NCBI GenBank assembly: GCA_012295275.1
Contig: CM022675.1
Coordinates: forward strand, 10,106,001-10,170,000
Length of the DNA stretch: 64,000 nt
Origin: Chrysomallon squamiferum
Taxonomy: Eukaryota; Animalia; Mollusca
Reading direction: 5' to 3'
The notes beneath the pieces were generated by a model, which was not told the origin of the DNA, ran no database searches, and was given only the letters and a program-made list of their open reading frames with translations. The number at the start of each line of letters is the position of its first letter. Position 1 is the stretch's first letter. This document shows positions 21,371-64,000 of the stretch, piece after piece. Both the position numbers and the translations under genes were made by a program.

Positions 21371-22335
21371 GAAGAAGAAGAAGAAGAAGAAGAAAAAAGA
21401 AGAATGTAATCGAAAATAAAAAAAAACAACAAAAACAAACATAAATGAAACAAATAAATTAAAAACGAAATCTTAACGCTTCATTATTATTATTATCATT
21501 AATATCATTATTTTTTTTGTTGTTGTTATTATTAATATTATTATTATTAATCTTTTAATTTTCAGTTTCTGAAATAATCTTAATTTGTTTCTTTTTCATT
21601 CTAATATTTAACAACTGTCACCTATAGCAGTCATGTCAGGTGTACACTACGTATTTTATTTACAGTTTTAATATATAATCTTATGTACAATGCATATCAA
21701 AGTAAGAACGTACAAAACCAGTAACATATAATTATAATATGAAATAAATTTGAAAATTAGGTTCACAGGTTATAATAGAAAAGTAAACCACAGTTTCGTA
21801 TAAACCAAAATGGCGTCGTATTAAAAAAAAAAAAAAAAAATTAAATTAAATTAATAATAATAATAATAATAATCATAATAATAATATTATTAATTAAAAC
21901 AATAAAAAAAATAAAATAATAAAATGAAATAATAATAAAATGAAATAATAATAATAATCTTTTTTTAAATTGTTCAGAAAATAAGACATAACAATAATAA
22001 ATATCATTGTTTGACCTGTATGTTTTATGTTTCTGAAAATGATAAAGAAATTTTCAAATTCAGAATTCAGAACACGTTTTCCAAAACTGAAAAATAAAAA
22101 AAAAAAAAAAAAAAAGACAAAAAAAAAATTAAATTATCTGATACAAAAATACAAACATAAAAATATTTTTAATTTATTTTTTGTTTTCATGAACACATTT
22201 TTTATTTCTTACTATTATTCATAACATTATATTACTCTTATACCATAAAAGTATGAAAGATGGCGGTATTTCACCCAGTACAATATAAATAAACATAACA
22301 CCGGCTCTGATTGGTTAGAATCTCCATCATCCGAC

Positions 22336-52693
<30,358 letters not shown>

Positions 52694-53169
52694 AACTGAA
52701 ACCGAAGCAGAACAGACTTTCCTTCGACTTTAGAAAAATGTTTTTAAAATTCTTCCCAGATAAAAAAAAAAAAAAAGTCAGTTTTAACACTCAGTTAAAA
52801 CTTCCTTGAGTAAAAATTTCACCTCGTAAAGTATACCGCTTGATTTCCAAAAAGCAAGAAGTAAAATTTAAAATATAAACAGTTCAAACAAACAGAATAA
52901 CGTCTCGGTTATTTTTTTTTTTTTTTCGTTGAGAAACTGATGTTTCGGCTCCCGATTAAATAGTCATAATTTTCTACATTAAGTTTAAATAACAGTGCAT
53001 TTAAATAAAACCAGTGTTAAATGAATACCGTGAAAAAAAATTCTTTTAACAAACAACGATTTTCTGACAGTATATATCCTTAAACACGGAGGAATTCTAG
53101 AAAATATATTCTAAACAACGGATGCCGATTTTTTGTTATTTAAAATATTTTCCAGTCTTCTAAGCCACG

Positions 53170-53540
53170 GATTATATATTTTGTTTTTCTTTAAAGTATA
53201 TATCTTCATAAACCCGGACAGTATGTTCCAGCTGTCGGCTCAACAGCCAATGTTTAAAGTAAGGCGTTTTCCCAGCAAATGATGCTTTCTCATTAAGCCG
53301 CGGGTCTTTAAACGGTTCCTTTATCGTTGGGCCACTCCTAGTTACACAGTGGCAGCAGAAAGGCGCGTACAGCCTCGTTTGAAACAGTTGCCGTCTGCCT
53401 AACGTAATCGTCGCGAGAAAAGCGAGGTAAATCTTTAAATAATGACACACGCTCAAGACGAAGGTAAACACGCCATGATTCGTTCGAGTCACGATTTGTC
53501 TTCCCTTGTTGACTCTTCAGCGAACACCCTCCCCGCTGAA
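53170..53540. promoter_or_regulatory. CpG-rich island between the divergent genes; candidate promoter or enhancer
   Basis: Local GC/CpG enrichment without a credible ORF, about 0.5 kb upstream of the signal-peptide exon. Confidence 0.35.
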
Positions 53541-54345
53541 AAAAGAAAAAAAAAAAAAAAAAAAAAGAAAATGGAGGAATTTGATCTACGCGTAAAATAA
53601 AACTAGTTTTTATTAATGTATTATTTATTTATTATGATTATTTTTAGAAAATTCTTTTATATTGTAATGATGATAATTATAACAACAACATCAACTTAAT
53701 AATAATTATTAATTTTATAATTACGCACACAGACAAAACCAACAACAACAATAAAAGATAAATAAACAGAAAAAAAAAAAAAAAAAAAAAAAAGAACAAC
53801 CACCGAACAAATTTAAATGGAAGCAGAATATACGTAGTCTGTTTTTTCATATTATAACAAGTAATTTTTATCGAGAATTTAAAAATCTGTTATATTAATT
53901 GCTATTATATTTAACTGTTGCTTTGAGCACATCAAACTGTATGGAACGTACTGTCATGAGAGAATGAGTAGAAATATTTAGAGTTTTAAAACAATTATTA
54001 TATTATTTTTGCAGAAAATACTTTTTATTTATTTATTTATTTTTTCTGAATTCTAAGAAAAATTCTTACCACTACAGAAAATAGAAAATAGAAAAAAGGT
54101 CAAATGCTTTGATGAATAAATAAATAAATAAATAAATAAACAACAACAGCAGCAGCGACAACAACAACACAACAATAATAATAATAATGGTTAAAATAAA
54201 AATAATAAGAACAACGACAACAACAGCAAAAGCAACAACAGTAATATAATGTAGTAGGAGCGGTATTCAGTTAGATAGACAGACAGATAAATTCATAGAT
54301 AAATACATACACAGATATACAGGTATATATATATATATATATATA

Positions 54346-54389
<44 letters not shown>

Positions 54390-55120
54390 CAACCTGATAT
54401 ATAGCTACAGAGAATGACAGACACAGAGACAAACAAACATACAGACAAACGGACAGAGAGACAGAAAGATACAGATGAAAATAAATCATGTAACAATTTC
54501 TCTATTCGGGAAAAAGTTAAATAAACCAAAAAAGAAGAAAATGGTCAAAAGAAAACTGAAATAATTCATAATGATTGTTTTAGTATAGTTTGTGTTTTAA
54601 TGGGAATATTTTTAAAAAGTAATACGTCATCAATAGAAACAGAATCTTCACTATTAGAAAACCAAGACAAATCGTATACAAATTGTAGACTGGTAAATTT
54701 TAAATGAAAATGAAATTCATTTTTACACTTTACCACGAAACTGCCGCAATTGTATTCTTTCAATGTGGCAAAAGTAGGATTCAACCGAAAAAAGGATCGG
54801 ATTATTAATCCGTCACGTACTGAAGATCTGGATTTAAAAGAAACGAAAATGAAATACGAAATCTTGCGATATTTGTCAGGCCGATGTTGTGTTTAAGAAG
54901 ATCCCATTTCGTTTGTTTAGTCAATAAAGAATTTATGATTAAACGTATAGAGTGAAATTTATATGTAGTAAACGTGCATATTTTCGTCAATGTGAAATTA
55001 TCCAGCAAGTGAAATGTTTTAAATAAATATTCTCGAACGAACGTGAAATTACGAACATACCACAAAGGAAAATAATTTATTTGTTATTTGTACCCTGCTA
55101 TACCCATTTTTTAATATTCG

Positions 55121-55165
<45 letters not shown>

Positions 55166-55522
55166 TAATTAATTAATTAATTAATTAATTTTATTTTACT
55201 TTATTTATATTGTTTCTGTTACCTTTCTTCTTTCCAATTGTTCTTTATTTTCTTTCTTTCATTCTTTTGTTCTGTTTCTTTTCCTTCTATTCATCTTACT
55301 TCTATTTGATATATCTGTCTCTCTATCTACCTATCTGTTTGTCTGTTCGTCTGTCTCTCTGTCTATCCATCCGTCTAATTATATCTATCTATTTGTCTCT
55401 CTCTCTATATATATATCTATCTAGCTATATGTCTATCTGTCCTTCTAATTATCTATCTATATATATGTCAGTCAATCTAATCTGTCTGTCTATGTGTCTG
55501 TCTCTTTAATTATCTATTTCGA

Positions 55523-55553
<31 letters not shown>

Positions 55554-55705
55554 TTATCTATGTATCATTATTATTATTATTATTTTATTATTTACTTATT
55601 TGTTTGTTTGTTTATTTATTTGTTTTTGTGTTTGTTTAATATATGTTTTGTTGACTTCTTTTATAACTCTACTTGTATTCACCATGTCTGCCTCATTTTC
55701 TTCTT

Positions 55706-55736
<31 letters not shown>

Positions 55737-55970
55737 TTATTATTATTATTAATATTATTATACAACAACACCACCTGTTATTATTATTATTGTTATTGTT
55801 ATAGTTCTGTGTTTATGTATTTAATTGTATGTACATGAATGTGTGATTGTGCTAGAACGTTTGTCTGTCCATATAATTTTTTTATAAATAATATAAAAGA
55901 TAATCCATCACACTAACCTATTATTACAAATTATTATTATCCTAGGGCAATAAAATATCTATCAAATAGA

Positions 55971-56013
<43 letters not shown>

Positions 56014-56529
56014 AATAAAATAAATGAACAAACCAACCAAGCAACCAACAAATAAATAAATAGAAAAGTGAATAAATAAATAAATAAATATACGCACATA
56101 CATACATTCATAAAAACATACATATATACATATATTTAAATAAATGAATACATTACAATCATAGATATACATATATATGCATAAAGTCAAATATGCATAC
56201 ATACATACATATTTATTTATACAATTAGACACATGTACACGCATGTATATACATATTTAAATAAATGAATATTTACATGTAAATATAAAGTCACGTTTTT
56301 CCCTATTGGCTAAGTGGAATTTTTTTGTTTTGTTTTCCGAAGTCAAAACTCTTCTTTGATATTTGTGTTAAATTTACTCTGCCGATTTGGAATAACTTGT
56401 CACGAAATCCTCAAAGAAGAACACGCGAACTCAAATACGTGAAAAGTCACGTTTTCCTTATTATCATCATCACGTTATGGACGATGTAAAATTTGAACTA
56501 TGTTGTAAAACGAATTAGGATTTCGCCAC

Positions 56530-56572
<43 letters not shown>

Positions 56573-57071
56573 AAAAAGAAAAAAATTAACCTATCGGATG
56601 GGTCTTGAAGAGAAACAACATTTGGTCAGTGGATTAGATGACCGCAGTGACCCCGAAGTTTCCGAATCTTAGGATAACTGAGGTTTAGGGCGAAAATTGG
56701 TTTCTGTTTTATCATGACGGTGAATAGCAAATACACGCACTGACGTTTGCTGTATGCTGTATCACTTCACAAGGTGCGCATTAACTGCGAAATGTTTGTG
56801 TGTGTGTGTGTGTGTCTGTGTGTGTTTCTGTGTGTGTGTGTGTGTGTGTGTGGGTGTGCAGTTGTCTGTTGTGTGTGAATTTATTGTTTGTTGTGTGAAC
56901 AAAAATATTGGTCTAAGAACTGAACAAAATTTGCTGGATAAAGTTTCTGTTGTTTTCGAAATATTGTTTGATTTTTGTTTCGGTTTGGATCTTTGATAAA
57001 TATCTGAGCATTTCTTTTTCTAACACCAGTTTTCGCTTGAAAACTGTTAACATGAAAATATCTCTCTGTCT

Positions 57072-57169
<98 letters not shown>

Positions 57170-57275
57170 GTCTCTGTCTCTGTCTCTCTCTCTCAATCAG
57201 ATAATAACATTCAGGATTGTTTTGACATTATTTGCTCAACCTAAAAATGATGAGTAACACAGGTGGTAAAATATA

Positions 57276-57320
<45 letters not shown>

Positions 57321-57419
57321 GAAAAAAGGGATTAAGCAATTTCACAATATTTACACTTGAGAGGATTTTGAAAAGAAGATTTAATAAATATAAAGTGAAA
57401 CTCTTTGTACCTTTCAGTG

Positions 57420-57582
57420 TGGTTGATCACCCTTCTTCGTTCCGAGCTGGGTGCAATAAGTTCAAGTCTCGTCACCGGCATCTTAAGGGTGTAAGACTGG
57501 TGATTATTACTGGATTTGTTTTCCCCTGTGCCAGGGCGTTCCCTAATACTGTTTATGTGCAGAGCCTAATCAGACGTACATA
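57420..57582 (+). mobile_element. tRNA-derived SINE-like element, copy 1
   Basis: B-box-like GTTCAAGTC at 57460; shares GTCTCGTCA.CGGCATCT and GTGCAGAG.CTA.TCAGACGTACAT with the copy at 62320. Confidence 0.55.
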
Positions 57583-58493
57583 ATATAATGCAATATTCAT
57601 TCCTGAACACACACACACACACACACGTGCACGCACGCCATGAACTCACCTTTCATTTGATGTCACGAATATACAATAATTAATGTAATTATTTCAAGCA
57701 CAGAATACACCTCAGTACAGTCTTGATTTAAAATTGCTGTGCAGTAAGTGACGTGTTGTTCAGGTGACAAAAGAAATTGAAAAGAAATATAAATAGTTAT
57801 GTGTTGCATTCAGATCAATTTCGTCTAAATGACACCTGTAACAGGTGACGTAAAACATAAAGGTGTTTTAACACCGTCATTCAGTTTAGACGAAACAGTC
57901 AATTACAACATCATTTTTACCCAAATCGAACAAAACAACAACATAAAAAAAAAAAAAAAATACAAGAAAAAAAAAAAAAAAACAACCTTAAACAAAAAAG
58001 ATACAATTGTCATAACAGGTTAGCCAAGACTGCTTGACAGCGACTAAGTTTCACGACCTCTCATTGGTCAGAATGTCTTTTTATTACAGAGTGCTTGAGA
58101 TGAAAAATTATTTTGAATTCGTCACGTAAAATAAAAGGTGGGTTCATGGCTTGTCTGTTTGTCTCTGTGTGTATGTGTGCGCGCGCGCGTGTGTGTTTGT
58201 GTATGTGTTAGTAAAGATTATTAAAGCACTGTTTTTTTTTTTAAAGTCTTTATTACTTTTTACCTTTCTTTATACATGTACATTGATTCGTTCATTGATC
58301 CATCCTTCTGTCCATCCATCATTCAGTCTATCTCTCTATATCTAATTTTCTCTCTATCTGCATCTCTGTCTACATCTCTATCTATCTATTTGTCTGTCTT
58401 TCTGTCTCTGTCAATCTATTCTTGTAAGTGATAATACTGACATTTTAAGAGTCTAATAGTACTGTGTTTTAATCTGTTTCAGAATAATCAACA

Positions 58494-62840
<4,347 letters not shown>

Positions 62841-63145
62841 GTAAAAAGTATTTCCACTACAACTGTCATATCACTACTTATACTGTTTTAATATTACTTC
62901 TTTTTTTGCTAATGCTGTCTTACTTCTACTTTTGTCTAACGATAAAGTACTATTATGTCTACTTAATATTTTTTTACTACTGTTTTGTTGTAACGTAATT
63001 TTTACTACTACCTCTTGGTAATTCTACGGTACTGATACTTCTTTAACGCTATATTACCAAGTCGCTACTAGTTATTGCTAATGCTGTATTACTATTCTCT
63101 GCTAGCGAAACGTTACTGTTACTGCTTCATGGTAATGTACTAATC

Positions 63146-63877
63146 CAGTGATTATCAACCAGTGTGCCGCAAAATTTTTTAGAAAAAGAAAATCCAAATC
63201 TCATTCGTACTCATTGCTTTCTACATAGAGAAGTTCTTGTTTAAAAAATATCACAGGAAGATTTAAAGGTTGTGTTAAATCAAGTTATTGGAATGGTCAA
63301 TTATATAGAAAGTAGGCCACTGAAGTCACGATTATTTGAATAACTGTGCAAAGAGATGGACTCTCAGCATGTTAAGTTATTAATGCACACTGAGGTTCCC
63401 TGGCTGTCGAAAGGCAAAAGTACTAAATCGTGTTCACGAACTGCACAAGGAATTACTATCATTTTTTCTCGAGGAAAAGCAGGAGAAATTCTGTGAATAC
63501 CTTAGTTGCGAATTTTGGATGTCTAAAATGGAATACCTGACAAAAATATTTAGTGAACAAAATAAAACAAACAGAAGTATGCAAGGTAAAAACAAAAAAA
63601 ATCTCAATTCAGCAGACGAGTTAGTTGCACACAAAAAGAAAATTGTGATTTGAAAAAAAAAAAAAAAAAGCAATCGCTGACAATCTTGATATGTTTCCTT
63701 TATTGCGTTCTACCTGCATTAGAGAAATTATCCCTATTGTGTTTATTCATCTGACAGCCCTGGACGAAAGCATCTTATTCATGTGTATTTTTCATATATA
63801 TTTAGCTAGGTGTGTCGCTATTTTTTCATGTGTTCCAAGGTGTGCCGTTGACAAAAAAAAATGGTTGAGAACCCCGG
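63146..63877 (+). mobile_element. Internally deleted hAT (Charlie/Buster, ZBED5/FAM200-like) DNA transposon with a decayed transposase fragment
   Basis: Ends CAGTGATTATCAACC and GGTTGAGAACCCCGG; flanks TACTAATC / TACTAACT. Internal translation MVNYIESRPLKSRLFE*LCKEMDSQHVKLLMHTEVPWLSKGK/VLNRVHEL...WMSKMEYLTKIF..N..N.SMQG is the Charlie/Buster signature, with a stop and a frameshift. Confidence 0.88.
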
Positions 63878-64000
63878 TACTAACTACTACTTCACGGTAA
63901 CGTATTTCTTTTTAATTCTTCTTAACGCTGCTACTACTGCTTTCTACTACTACTTTTTGTTAATTTTTCTCACTGCTGCACCATACTTTTTGTGTATTGT

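Overview
AT-rich, microsatellite-dense eukaryotic DNA. The repeat style and the mollusc-type EGF-ZP gene suggest a mollusc, probably a coleoid cephalopod (inference). Four intron-containing genes were reconstructed by hand from GT-AG sites and reading-frame phase. (1) The 3' end of an MBD5-like gene with a C-terminal PWWP domain (+, 1-4460). (2) A TAX1BP1/CALCOCO-family autophagy-receptor-like gene: SKICH, LIRs, long insert, coiled coil, UBZ zinc finger (+, 12352-19181). (3) The most unusual feature: a 13-coding-exon minus-strand gene (52693-22336, about 1,194 aa) encoding signal peptide, MNNL/C2-like domain, DSL, 24 EGF repeats and a C-terminal chitin-binding type-2 (peritrophin-A/CBM14) domain, with no transmembrane segment. 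It looks like a secreted Delta/Jagged-type protein anchored to chitin. (4) Head-to-head with it, the 5' part of a secreted EGF-EGF-ZP matrix protein gene (+, from 58494). Also present are two hAT/Charlie-type DNA transposon remnants, three copies of a tRNA-derived SINE-like element, a 35-bp minisatellite and many microsatellites. Four clear and one probable single-base frame breaks in GC-rich exons all sit in short G runs and are most simply assembly errors. Most ORF-track entries are microsatellite artefacts.
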